Shown: positions 13,148 to 25,633 of the stretch, in pieces
Layout of the letters: every line of letters begins with the position of its first letter
How positions within the stretch are numbered: position 1 is the stretch's first letter
DNA from: Eledone cirrhosa
Lineage: Eukaryota
Direction: 5' to 3'
NCBI GenBank assembly: GCA_964016885.1
Contig: CAXHJY010000935.1
Coordinates: 1 to 64,000 of the forward strand
DNA: 64,000 nt
The notes under the pieces: model-generated
Told to the model about the DNA's origin: nothing
What the model saw: only the letters and a program-made list of their open reading frames with translations
The model's database searches: none
Translations under genes and position numbers: made by a program

Positions 13148-13150
<3 letters not shown>
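12905..13150 (-). mobile_element. tRNA-head SINE with RTE-type 3' tail, internally deleted copy
   Basis: Near identical to 25303-25633 but lacks two internal blocks; (GAT)n tail. Confidence 0.8.
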
Positions 13151-13189
<39 letters not shown>

Positions 13190-13229
13190 TTTTTTGGGGG
13201 GGGGGGGTGTAATCCTTGGTACAGTTAGG

Positions 13230-13363
13230 TATATTAAGACAGGGGGGAAGAAAAAAATGGCTTCACTTGTGCTTTCAACAAATTTCTTTTCTTCACCTGA
13301 AGAAAATAAATTTGTTGAAAGCACAAGTGAAGCCATTTTTTTCTTCCCCCCTGTCTTAATATA
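13230..13363. repeat. Near-perfect palindrome (about 66-bp arms) in a (TA)n-flanked cassette
   Basis: Arms 13230-13295 and 13298-13363. The left arm and its upstream flank recur at about 32355-32442 next to the Penelope fragment. Confidence 0.85.
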
Positions 13364-13500
13364 TATATATATATATATATATGCATGTATATATATGCAT
13401 GTATATATATATGCATGTATATATATATATATGTATGTATGTATATATATATATGTATATTTATATGTATGTATATAATATACATATATATATATATATA

Positions 13501-13622
13501 TAAAATAAAGTTAAATAAAAGTCAAATGATTAAAATTTAGCTTCGTTTATTACTGAAATATATATAGCAGTAATAAACGAAGCTAAATTTTAATCATTTG
13601 ACTTTTATTTAACTTTATTTTA
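13501..13622. repeat. Perfect inverted repeat (about 55-bp arms) in a (TA)n-flanked cassette
   Basis: TAAAATAAAGTTAAATAAAAGTCAAATG...TACTG and CAGTA...TTTATTTTA around a 12-nt spacer, then a unique tail to about 13715. Confidence 0.85.
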
Positions 13623-13712
13623 CACTACTCCGGAGTAACCAAACCAACCTGCGCACTTCGTCGAGTGCTCCAGCCTGCATACTGAGGTTTTGGTATACAA
13701 CCAACATAAACT

Positions 13713-13756
<44 letters not shown>

Positions 13757-13887
13757 AGGAGTTGACGGACCCAGCATATTTATCAATGCCATGACCGGTT
13801 GTATCCCAGCATACTCAATGGGCAATGTAAGATACATTCCCAGAGTATACACATAGTTATTTGCCTCAACACACGTAAAACGGGTGC

Positions 13888-13955
<68 letters not shown>

Positions 13956-14196
13956 GTGTGTGTGTGTGTGTATAAACAGTCCTCGTTAAGAGTTACTCTA
14001 ACTTTTGAACTAGAGTAACTGAAAACGATTCATATATATATATATATATAGGAACGAGTAGGACCCCGACGGCAGAGCTCAAGCCGTTTCGACGGTTAAT
14101 TCTGGACTAAACGTTGCTATTACCCACTCTACTACCCTAAGTATTGAGTACTTTGGTGCGTTATGGTCCACCTGGTTCCTTACCACATTTCTATCG

Positions 14197-14236
<40 letters not shown>

Positions 14237-14423
14237 TTTAGTACAGCATTGACGAAGCTTAGTATACGGCCAAGCTAACGTATGCATAATCGGTCTGTAG
14301 CTTTCGCACTCGGATGAGGTAAGACCCCAGAGTAATAACATTACGTTCAGACAGCTTAGCAAATCAGATATAGCAGTCGGCAGTCCAACAGCATTACCAG
14401 AGCAACGAAAATATATGACCCAG

Positions 14424-14484
<61 letters not shown>

Positions 14485-15300
14485 TATAGTTATGTAATAA
14501 ACAACATAAGATAATTATTTCATTTATTAGTGGAATTATTTATTGGAATTATACTCGGGTATATCCTACTGTTTGTTGAGTGAGATGGAGTTGGTCAGAG
14601 TATCGCTAAAAGCGGTCTCTGTTAATGTATTATATATATATATATATATATATAAAGAGAGGGGGTGAGGATTTTTGGAGTACCCCTCACCCCTTTTTGT
14701 ATGTCAAGACATTGCATATGTAAGATGCCAACTGTCTTTTTTTTAAACCAGAATTAGTTATTTAGTCTCACAGTGAGACCCTAGCCCATCCTATTTATTT
14801 TATAACGTATGGGATTTCTAGTAATGTACGCTTTTGTCGTGTATAATGTTTTTTAATGTGTAAAGAAAATTAATTGACGCAGGAATGTGACCACTTAAAA
14901 TAAAATTTCGCCTGCGATCGATTAGTAAATAAAGAAATGTAGATTGGTTTATGTAGTCCAAAGTACACTCTGTCTAGAAAAAAAAAATAACTAACAAAAA
15001 AACAATCAAAAACAAAACTGTCGACTAGCCATAGGAATGCTTGGTTAGTGTTAACTTAAAAATCTTCAACAACAAATCTTGAATGAAAAATATAGTTACT
15101 TTTTTTATATCTAATAGGCTACTTTGTCGGTCCCTGTAAAATAAACAAACATACTTTTAAAGCTTATTTTACCGGTCCTCGGTAAATATAAATAGTGTTG
15201 GGTTGGGATTAGTGTTTAAATTGTCTTAATTTGGGGTGAAAATAAAATAAACTTCTATGTATAAATGTGTTGTTATTTTTAACATTACCTGCCTTCATAA

Positions 15301-15890
15301 TAATTGTTTCTACTTTTGGCACAAGGCCAGCAATTACCCAGTACATTACTGGTACTTTATTTTATCGACCCCGTAAGGATGAAAGGCAAAGTTGACCTCG
15401 GCGGGATTTGAACTCAGAATGGAAAGGGCCGTAATTCTATGCGTCAAAGCATGAGGTCCGACCCTCTACTGATACTGCCAATCCACCGCCTTCATAATCA
15501 TTGTTTCTACTTTAGGCACAAGGCCAGCAATTATCCAGTGCATTACTGGTACTTTATTTTATCGACCCCGTAAGGATGAAAGGCAAAGTCAACCTCAGCG
15601 GGATTTGAACTCAGATCGTTAAGGGACGTAACTATGCTGGAAAGCATGGCATCCGACCCTCTACCGATACTGCCAATCCACCGCCTCCTTCATAATAATG
15701 ATTTCTAGTATAAGCACAAGGCCAACCTTTTGGCGGGAGGGGAAAGTCGATTAAATCGTCCCCAGTACGTTACTGGTACTTTATTTTATCGACACCGTAA
15801 AGATGAAAGGCAAGCTAACCTCGTCGGGATTTGAACTCAGACCGTAAAGGGCCGCAACTCTATTCTGCCAAGCATGGTGTCTGACACTTT
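15301..15890 (-). mobile_element. Three head-to-tail copies of the dominant tRNA-derived SINE
   Basis: Three repeats of TACTGGTACTTTATTTTATCGAC..GGATGAAAGGCAAAG..GGGATTTGAACTCAG at about 15301-15490, 15500-15685 and 15697-15890. Confidence 0.88.
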
Positions 15891-16255
15891 TACCGGTAAA
15901 ATAGCCTGGGGTGGGAGGCTATTTTACTCAAAATAGCCTCTTCCTTTTTTTATTTATTTCTTTTTCAATTCATATTATGACAATGAATTATTAGTTATTT
16001 AAACATATGATAAAAAAGCCCTTCCAGCATTGTCTCAGCTCTCTGTTGTCTAAGTTCAAATCCTACTGGGGGGTCTCTACACTTAAGCACCCACCCAGTC
16101 TAACATATAACTCAATATATTAGAAATAGCTGGCAACTCCCTCTCTTGCAACTGTCTTAAGAAGAGGAAAGCTACATTAGATACACTTTAAATTGAAAAA
16201 TGATTGGATGGTCATTGTTGGACTGCTTTTAGTCATAGGTTTACTTGATATGATA

Positions 16256-16410
16256 AGCGGCGAATTGGCAGAGTCATTAGAACGTTGAATAGAATGCTTT
16301 ATGGTATTCGTTCCAGCTTACTGTTCTCTGAGTTCAAATCCCGCCGAGGTCAACTTTGCCTTTCATCCTTTAGAGGTCGATAAAAAAAGTACCAGTCTAC
16401 TACTGGGGTT
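16256..16410 (+). mobile_element. tRNA-derived SINE
   Basis: GGCGAATTGGCAG...GAGTTCAAATCCCGCCGAGGTCAACTTTGCCTTTCATCC core. Confidence 0.8.
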
Positions 16411-17291
16411 GATTCTTCCTTTGTATCTCTTTCTCATTTCCTCTCTCTCGTTTTCTATCTTTCTCTGGAAGAAATCTGCTGTACTCAGGCCTGGAGAGGG
16501 ATGGGCTCCATCAGACTTAAAACACCCAAGAAATGCTGTATGTCAATACGGCGCCTCTACGACTCTATCAGAGTTACGGGACCATACATACATTACTTGA
16601 TAAGGCCTAAACAGCAACAATCATGAGGCCTTGGCTACTATGCAAATAGACTGTGTAGCACAGTCAGAGCAAACTAAAGTTGCAGTATGATTTTTGTTAT
16701 GCTGTGAGGCAAACAAAACTGTCCAGACATAAAATGTACTCGCAACATGAACAATCTTAGTTTTGAACTATCAATGTTTTGCATGGATTGTTTAAAGTAG
16801 TTGATAAAGTCTTACCTCAAAGATATAAAATTAACTTTAGTATTGTAATGATGTACTCTTAACTGATGAATTGTTTTTATATTGTGAATCATCATCATCG
16901 TCATCACCATCATTTAACGTCCGTTTTCCTTGTTAACAAGGGTTGGATGTGTCATTACAGACCAAGTCAATACTTAAACAGAGCAACTGACCACTTATAT
17001 GGGACAAGGCCTTGCATCTCACTTAAATATATTTCCAAACTCTTTCGAGTGCTCAGACAAACCTGGGGGCATATTCAAGTTTTCTATGACTGCATGTCTT
17101 TCCTATCAGCAACTATTTTACAGAGTGTACTGGGTGCTTTTATGATGTAGCTCACAAACACTTGAGTAAAATAACAGAAAAATACATACACCAGTATGAG
17201 TAAGTTTTGCTAATATTTTAATTTGATTATGTAAAAAATATTCAAGTGTATATTTCCAATTAATTCTGAAATTATGATTGATTATTTAAAG

Positions 17292-17418
17292 GAAGAAAAA
17301 TTACCCTAAAAATGTGATCATATTGCACGTTTTTCCAAGAATACAAAAGGCACCAAACATTTCACCTTTCGCTATAAAGCTTGAGACTTTTGTCCGTATG
17401 GCAAAACTCCCCTACCAG
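17292..17418 (+). CDS. FAXC: FAXC-like copy 1, coding exon 2 (GST-N-like domain)
   Basis: AG|G...CAG|GT. KKNYPKNVIILHVFPRIQKAPNISPFAIKLETFVRMAKLPYQ; SPFxxKLETxxRMxxLPY is the fax/metaxin-family motif. Confidence 0.93.
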
Positions 17419-18904
17419 GTAAGACTTTTAGATTATATTTTTCAAAGTACTATAAAGTAACACAAGACAAAGATGTTCCAAGGGTGAATAATTAAGGTGC
17501 TTGAGAAAAAGATAGACATAAGTAATACAGTGGTTATGAAGTTAAGATACTTAATTATTAGTTGTAATATCATAATTTCAATCACATGTTGGGTTCCTGG
17601 TTTTAATCTAAAAATACGTTTGAATGGTTCATTTTTGGAAGGAATATGAAAACATTTTCGTAGCTTGCTTGAAGCATTGTTGAATAAGAAACACAAATTT
17701 AAATTTTGAAAACCAAAACAATGCGTTAGGAAGAACGTTAAATTGCCAAAATAACAAAAGAATCTTATCGTAACAAATTTAACGATCCAAATATTTTCGG
17801 GTTTAAGAACCCATTACCAAGGAAGTAATCCTATGAGAGACTTAAAAAATCGATCGGATATACTTGCTTATTTAGACAGCAGATTTAAGTTAAATGAAAT
17901 GAAAAGACGTTAAAATTTCGAACGTGCGCATTGTGAAATGTATGATATATGCATGTGTGTGCATGAATGTTTGTATGCATGTGCATGAATATAAGTTTAT
18001 ATAGTGAAAGATGTGTGCGAATATGTATAGAAATAAAACGGGAAAAATATGTGTGCGATATATGTATGTGTGTGTGTGTGTGAGTCTAAAAATGTATATA
18101 GAAATATCCAGATTAATAACTCTATATTCAATCTCACTTATACAAGCTTGTAAATGTTGACATAAAACAGGTAGGTACATTGATACTTCATAATAGGTGA
18201 AAGGGGCGATGACTTATAAATAATTTTTAATCACTTAGTAAGAAGTGAATGGGAAATACCCATGATTTGTTTCAGATCTTTTGAGACTGGTTGCAGCTGA
18301 TCAAGAGAAAGCTTTACATACACCAGAGACTTGGGTCAAATATTTTCAACAGAGTATACACCATTAACCTGTTGACTGCTGCGTATATTTTACACAGCTA
18401 CAGTTGCTGTGCTGTTTTCTTTTTTTTGTTGTTTTTTTGTAAAATGACTATTTTTTTAAACAAACATTTATTAACAACATATATCTGAATGATTGACAAA
18501 TGTCACATCAATAAACTAGTAACCCCATCCAGCTTTGAAGTTATGAACTGTTGAAAGCGAGTTCAGAACTTTGAAGTTATGACTGTTGGAAAAGAGTTCA
18601 AACATGTTAGGATGAGTTATCTCGCCTACAGCACTGAAGAGGTTAAAGACATCGAAAGGTGTGGTGTTAAACCACATGACAGATTAAGTCTACCATTCAA
18701 GAAGAGGAATGGTTTCTCAGACAAACTTATGCACAGTTTGTGTTGATTAAAGTTCACTCACAAAGCTTTGAATGAGTTGAAGTTATTGTAGAAGAAACTA
18801 GCCCAAGGTACTGAGCAGTGTAATAAAACCAAGAAATATGTAGTTATGAAGCACACTTCTTAAGCACACAGACCTGAAAGATCAATATAATTTATAATGT
18901 ATTA

Positions 18905-19115
18905 ATGATTTTTAATTTAGGCACAAAGCCAGTATTCTGGGGAAGAGAAAGTCAGTTAAATTGTCCCAGTACTTGACTGACACTTTATTTTATCGATTCT
19001 CAAAAGGATGAATGGCAAAATTGACCTCAACAGGATTTGAACTGAGAATGTAAAGCACTGTAACAAATATCATAAATCATTTATCTGACACTCTCATGAA
19101 TCTGCCAATCTTCTG
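18905..19115 (-). mobile_element. Diverged tRNA-derived SINE
   Basis: GGCACAAAGCCAG...GGATGAATGGCAAAATTGACC..GGATTTGAACTGAG. Confidence 0.7.
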
Positions 19116-19627
19116 TCCTGTAATGTATTAAAAAGAATTCAAAGAGATGACATAATTTGAATTCTTATCTAAAAATAAACATAATGGCCACAGAAAATAT
19201 TCCAAAACTTGTCATTTAAAAACAAAAACAAAATAAATGTTGAAGTTTTGTTGTATAGTTTTTGTCCACATTTGTCCATATTTAAACAACAAAATGTTCA
19301 GGTTTAATGAAGATTCTTCTTCAAATATTTAGATATATAAATATATAACTAAATACACTTGTTTGTGTGCATATGTATGCATCAGGCCAGATGGTTTAGT
19401 CTTTATAATGATGGTTTAACCCTTTATAATAAAGGTTTAACCCTTTAGCATTTAAACCGGTCATATCTGGTCAGAATTCTTTCACCTCTTCCTGTTCAAA
19501 CCAGCTGTAACTGGCTACTCATACTGACGTTAGCCCTTTAGCATTTAAACTGGTCACATCCGGCCATAGTTCTCTCACCCCTTTCTGTTTAAACCCATCA
19601 TAATCAGCTGCTCAAATATATTTCCAG

Positions 19628-19824
19628 ATTGAATATACATATGAAATGTCACCAAAACATAAAATACCATGGATTACTTACAATGAAGAAGTTGTCAGTG
19701 ATTCCCAGTTTATTATTGAGTATCTGAATAAGAAATTCAATGTTGATCTAAACAGTCATCTCACTGATGTAGAACAAAGTATTGCTAGAGCTATGCAGAA
19801 AATGGCAGAAGAGAATTTGTATTG
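19628..19824 (+). CDS. FAXC: FAXC-like copy 1, coding exon 3
   Basis: TTTCCAG|ATT...TG|GT. IEYTYEMSPKHKIPWITYNEEVVSDSQFIIEYLNKKFNVDLNSHLTDVEQSIARAMQKMAEENLYW. Confidence 0.95.
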
Positions 19825-20097
19825 GTACTGTTATTATTTTTTTTCCAGATTTGTTTTACTCATTTATATGTAACAAAAATAATCCATAAAAGCAATTAGG
19901 AATGACTGTAATGTAAATTTTCTTTGGTTTTTAAAAAGTTAAAACAAGTTGCCTGTCATCTATGTGTAATTATGATTTCATAACACAAATGTTCTACAAG
20001 AAAGTTTCTGCAGGAGTAAGCAGTCTTCTTTGAAGACTAAAGTCTTGGTCTATTATAATTTCATTCTTATTAAGGATGCTTTATAGAAATTAAAATA

Positions 20098-20280
20098 TTT
20101 GTTTCTACTTTTGGCACAAGCCCAGCAATTATCCCAGTGCATTACTGGTACTTTATTTTATCGACCCCGTAAGGATGAAAGGCAAAGTTAACCTCGGCGG
20201 GATTTGAACTCAGAATGGCAAGGGCCGTAACTCTATGCGTCAAAGCATGGCGTCCGACCCTCTACCGATACTGCCAATCC
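20098..20280 (-). mobile_element. tRNA-derived SINE
   Basis: Full-length match to the dominant SINE on the minus strand. Confidence 0.85.
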
Positions 20281-21329
20281 TTAAAATAATCCTTAAAATA
20301 ATGATTGGGAAAAGTTACCATTTAACATCTATTTTCCATGCTTGCATGGATTAGGTTTATTGTCATGTCCTGGGGTCAGACTGGCCAGGTTACCACATCA
20401 CACATGTATGCTCCATTTTGGCTTGGTTTCTTCAGTGCTCTTCCTAATGTCAACAACTTTATTTTATTGTGACTCCGACACTACCACCTTACTGGGTGGA
20501 CCAGATGCTTTTCATCATGGCACCATCACTACCACTTTATATTGTGAGCTGAGTGTGTTTTATTGTGGGTACCAGCACTACTTCACTACAACACTAGGGT
20601 GCTCAGCGTCTTTTGTTTGGCTAGGGCGGTAGTGATATGGGTTGAGGGTGTATAAATGAGATAGGTGCAGTCTATTTGCTACTTGCTTTCTGACATTTTG
20701 GAGTGTGCCTGACTTCCATATTGGCCTGAGTTGGATGGGGATAGTGTGTTGGAGGGGGGGGGGGGGCAGGAAGGTTAATCTGTCAAGGTTCATTCTAGTT
20801 TTCCACACAAGTGTAGGATGGACGAGGAAGGTGGAGTCCTGAAAGTTATTTCACTTCTTCAGGTTTAGGGTGAGAGAAGGTGGGTAGGAAGACAGGATAG
20901 GGAATAAACTGGCATGGGAGTCGGTGGACGGAGTATACTGGTAGGTTGGACAGGGGGTGGGGAAAGACTTGAATATCTCTGAGCTTCTTTGGGCTCAGCA
21001 TGAAGGAAGAGAGACATGTGGGTTAGGAGGAAGAAGTATATTGGCCGGTGGGAGTCATCCACCTTATGTTTAAATATGATCAAAGCAGGTAGCAGAGAAA
21101 TAGCTTTGAAATCTCAACTAATCAATAATGTTTCTTCAAATTGACTTTACTCTATTTTCAAAGCAACAGTATATACTATTATGTCCTTTAGGGAAAAATC
21201 ATTTCAATCTCTTTGAATAATGTTTTGAAATACTGGAAAACATTTCTAGATCTGCTGTCTACTCCCAACAACAAGATAAACTTAACTGAAGCATCCAGAC
21301 ACTTGTACCATGATTCAAATACACACAAA

Positions 21330-21680
21330 GAAGGGATTGTGTCCATGATTTTCACTGACTATTTGGAAAACACTGGGTCTATGACCTCCGGTGACATAGA
21401 GGGACAGGGTTCATGACTTCACTGACCTAGAGGAAAGGACTGGGTCAATGACCTTCACTGACCTAGAAAAAGGGATTATGTCCATGGCCTTCACTGACCT
21501 AGAGGAAAGAATTATGTCCTTAACCTTCACTGATCTAGAGGAAGGGGTTATGTCCATGACCTTTAATGACCTAGAGGAAGGGATTATGTGTATGACCTTC
21601 ACTGACCTAGAGAAAGGGATTATGTCCATGACCTTCAATGACCTAGAGGAAGGGACTGGGGCTATGACCTTCACTGACCC
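21330..21680. repeat. 36-bp intronic minisatellite, about 10 copies
   Basis: Unit ATGACCTTCACTGACCTAGAGGAAGGGATTATGTCC starting at 21448, 21484, 21520, 21556, 21592, 21628 and 21664, with degenerate copies upstream. Confidence 0.9.
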
Positions 21681-22553
21681 TTCAAAAATGGTAACATGAA
21701 CTAAATTAATGTTCTTCTTGAACAACTGAAAGATAATGGTTTTTAAGGAATTCTGCATACAGTGAGATATATAACTATTTATGGCCACTAAATGTAGCAG
21801 CTTTGGTAAGTCAGTTGGTGTTATTTGCATAATTTAATGCATTGTTAATTATTAATTTAATTAATTAATCAATTGCTTATGAATTAAACAACACATATGG
21901 ATAATTATAGGTGCATATTCAGATATACTTGATAAAGTGTGATAATTGGGGAATATGGTTAATTCGAAAAATTTTGGGAATATTAAATTGCTAAAGAAAC
22001 TTTCAGTCATTCTTCCTCTCTTTTATTTTGCTTTCTCTTTTAATTCCCTTCTGTCTTGTTACCTTGGCAATTTAACCAACTTACATTGCACAGCTTTCTA
22101 AACAAACAAACAGACATTTTAGTTTCATATACTTGATATTTTTTTTATGCGACTTAATTATTTTTATGCAATTGAGTTCACTACACTATCACTATGGAAA
22201 ATAGACTCCAAATTTTCTGTACAGTTACTTGTAGTAAAATTGACTCTTTTATAATTAGCCCTTTATGTTCTGAGTTCAAATCCTGCCAAGGTCTACTTTG
22301 ACTTACATAAAATAAAGTGATGCTGGATGATTTTGCAGACCTGCTCATTTGGGGTGTGGTGTAAGCACGAGATGCTTAAGATATTGTGAGCAAACAAGTA
22401 AATTAAATTAGTAAGATACTGGGTTTTGATTAATTAAATATTTTGGCTCACTATATCAAATATATTATCACTTACTTAACTATTTGTACTTGCATGTGAA
22501 TAGCATCTATAAGTAATTTTTCCCAATCATCATTTTAAAACATGCTTGCCTTA

Positions 22554-22753
22554 TACAAGGGTGGACTGAAACGTTCATAGGCTGACTATGAAGGAGTGAT
22601 GCTAGTGCTGTGAAATCTTGCATGCATTAACTTCAACTCTTCTTATTAATAACTGTATTGTTTCTTTCCAGGAACTATGTTGAAAAATAAACCTCATTTC
22701 GTCATTCCATGAGAGTATCTTGGTCTGCCTATGAACTTTTCAGCTGTACCATA
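22554..22753. mobile_element. Tc1/mariner-type MITE
   Basis: TA-flanked imperfect TIRs (TACAAGGGTGGACTGAAACGTTCATAGGC ... GCCTATGAACTTTTCAGCTGTACCATA). Related inverted copy at about 57320-57470. Confidence 0.7.
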
Positions 22754-22826
22754 TATTGTGACCCAAGCCAAAATATCTAAACACATTTTATTTATTAATT
22801 AAGATGTTTTAAATTTCATTCTCTAG

Positions 22827-23017
22827 GGGTCTTGTGTGTTTATGGGCCAATGGAGGTTCGTGCACAAGGAAAATTATTCCTATGTCTCGAAGTCAGTTTT
22901 GGCTTTTAAAAAGACAAGTTCAACATACTACATATAACCAAGGTATGGGTCGACACTCTCTCTCAGAAGTGAATAAAATTGTATTGGATGATTTAAAAGC
23001 TCTCTCTGATTTTATCG
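22827..23017 (+). CDS. FAXC: FAXC-like copy 1, coding exon 4
   Basis: CTCTAG|G...G|GTAAGT. GLVCLWANGGSCTRKIIPMSRSQFWLLKRQVQHTTYNQGMGRHSLSEVNKIVLDDLKALSDFIG; QGxGRHS..E.....DL.ALS motif. Confidence 0.93.
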
Positions 23018-24220
23018 GTAAGTGGCCATGAATTCTCATCAAACCCATTCACATCTTTATTATCAAATAGTTACTTCCTTTTACTGTTCTTTTAGCTTTT
23101 GATTTACCACATTTGTACTCAATGGAAAAGTTTCTTTTCAGTTATTTTACTACTAAGAATACTTTGGAACATTTCAATGTCCCCTGAATACCCTGACTAT
23201 ATTTCTTCGTAGTCTGTAAACAGTGTGTTCTAGAAATATAAGATGGCATTGTCTTAGAAGAGATGTTCATTACAATGGTAGTAGCATTAATGCAAATAGA
23301 TACTCCTATCAAATACAAGTGTATGCAAACAATATTAAATAACTTATTTAAAAACAAAAAGAATAAACAGAACAAAAGAACACTAACAATACCCAGCAAA
23401 AAATATAACAAATATTACAAATGGAAAAAAAAACTAATGAACTTGTTCAAAACAATAATTTGAGTTTTTCTAGTGTGGTGAGTAACAAAGAATGTTTAGA
23501 TATAGATTTGTTTGAAGAAAAAAAACACGAGGGAAGTTTATTAAAAGAGGCATGGCTTCTTGCCAAAGCAACACTTATAAGAGCAGGTAAAAAAGATGGT
23601 AGCATACCTCTGTATTGCTAAGATGGCGGAAGAACAGTTGCATGTGGTTCAATCAACTGTGGTAAGATGTAAGGCAGTGATTACGTTGTTTTCAGCCCCA
23701 AGAATAAGGTAAGGTGACAAGCCAGTTTGGTGCAACACACACCTGATTATCATTCCACACCACATTTGTAGTCAATGGAAAATTTTATGTAGGATATTTT
23801 GTGGATAAGAAAAATCTGTCTTGTTCTTACTGGGTAGGCTTAATTCATCACCTATCTAGTTCTTGGATGATTTTAATGGAACCCACTTTGTTGCAAACAT
23901 TTGAGCCAACTCTATGGTCTGTGGATAACATCCTTCTTTCCTTCTACTAGTGTCAGGTTCCATGAAAAGAGTTATGAGTGTTGCTCTTCCTCCTATAACC
24001 AAACCATTAAAAAGAAAAAAAATATAGATAAATAACAATAAGAACAATTGCATTTACATGTAATTATATACTAATAGTAATAAGATATTGAACTATGAAT
24101 GATAAGCCAGAATTTTAAGCACTTCAATGCAAAAAATAACAGAGCCCTGTATGTAAGAAATTTAAGGATAATCATTTGATATATTATTTATCATAATTTA
24201 ATGTTTATTCTATTTAACAG

Positions 24221-24337
24221 GTACAAAGAAATACTTGATGGGGGACAAGATTTGTGAAACTGATTGTGCTATATTTGGGATGTTATCTTTTGCCAAACAG
24301 ATGCCAGAAAACAGCATTTTACAACAAGTTATTGATG
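24221..24337 (+). CDS. FAXC: FAXC-like copy 1, coding exon 5 (GST-C-like domain)
   Basis: AACAG|GT...G|GTTAG. TKKYLMGDKICETDCAIFGMLSFAKQMPENSILQQVID. Confidence 0.93.
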
Positions 24338-25302
24338 GTTAGTATAACTGTTTTTAAATTTCTATGATTAGTTATATTTCTCAATATATGTGAGATAAGA
24401 GATGAATATATAACAGTGATTAAACAAAGGTCACACAGGGATTAAGTGTTGGCGTTGGGTAACTCTTGTTATCATTGACAAGGCTTACTCAATTTTGTAA
24501 TGTAGCAAAAGTAATTAAAAATACCCTTAGAATTAAACAGAAAATCAATTCATATGATTGTGCTCAAGTGCAAAAAAAGGAGTAAGTAGGAATTCTATGC
24601 TGTGAACTCAATGTCAACTATGATATACAAGAGGTGTAGAGGGATTGCTGGCAGGTTAACAGAGAAAGTATAGTAGCAGGCAGTAATGAGCACTCCAGGG
24701 AATTAAACCTTTACCAATCCAGTTATATAGCTGACCTAATTAGCTGTAAATGAAGATGTTAGTGTGGTAGCTAGAATATGAACATAGAGAAAGTTCTGGG
24801 AGCTACTACCTCTGTTAGCAACAAAGGGATTCTCTATCCAAGCGAAGGATAGATTTTATGATACTTGCATGAGATGTGTGACATAGGCAGTGAATACAAA
24901 GACTGGACTGAAATAAATTGAGCAGGTTCCATTGGATTATTAATGTTAGTTTGCATGAATAATGAAGCACAAATGAGATAAGAGAAAGCACTGGGAGAAG
25001 GTTGTGTTGGTACAGACATGTAATGCATGGCGATGATAATCGTTGAGTGAAGAATTGCGAGGAGTTCCAGGTGAAAGAAGATATAGAAGTGGAAGGTCAA
25101 GAAAGGCAGAGGTGTTAAAAGATGATCTCAAGAAAATGAACTCCACAAAGGAGATGACAAAAGAAAAATCGAAATGAAGAGGACTTGTTTGTGTACGTGT
25201 GTATTTTACTGGCAGTGTAGCAATGGGTTTTTACTTATACATTTTATTCACACAGAGGTAAAAAAGTATAATACATACTTACAGCCTCAAATCATCTGCC
25301 TG

Positions 25303-25633
25303 TCATCATCATCATCATCATTTTACGTCCACTTTTCCCTGCTTGCAAGGGTGGGACGGGAACTGATTCTGGCTTGATTTCTACAGCTGGATGCCCTTCC
25401 TAACACCAACCTCATTTACAGTGAGTGCTGGGTGCTTTTTTGCCGTGGCACCTCCACGACCACTTTACAGTGGAATGATAGGGACACCAGTCCCTATCAT
25501 CTCATTTCTACAGCTGAGTAAACTGGAGCAATGTGAAATAAAGTGTCTTGCTCAAGGAAACAACACATCACCCGGTCTGAGAATTGAACTCACAACCTTT
25601 CGATTGCAAGGCCAATGCTCTAACCACTAAGCC
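25303..25633 (-). mobile_element. tRNA-head SINE with conserved central domain and RTE-derived 3' tail
   Basis: Minus strand GGCTTAGTGGTTAGAGCATTGGCCTTGCAATCGAAAGGTTGTGAGTTCAATTCTC head, CCTTGAGCAAGACACTTT core, 3' end matching the RTE at 53268-53324, (GAT)n tail. Confidence 0.87.

Noticed and set aside
13291-13332. Hammerhead-like CUUCAC-CUGAAGA...GAAAGCACAA-GUGAAG
   Set aside because: Lacks the conserved U before the cleavage site, the stem I 5' strand comes from the palindrome centre, and the second copy near 32440 has GUGAAGA.
14061-14100. Minus-strand GAAACGGC...GCCGUC (hammerhead stem III and GUC)
   Set aside because: No CUGANGA or stem II partner upstream; at best a half remnant. Similar degenerate remnants at about 17785-17825, 33425-33510 and 51075-51110 were also not called.
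21330-21680. 36-bp repeats resembling a CRISPR array in unit length
   Set aside because: Units are contiguous with no unique spacers, the context is a eukaryotic intron, and there are no cas genes.
25570-25633. tRNA-like sequence with A and B boxes (also about 62345-62415 and the SINE heads)
   Set aside because: No complete acceptor stem or terminator, and it continues into a SINE body; not a tRNA gene.
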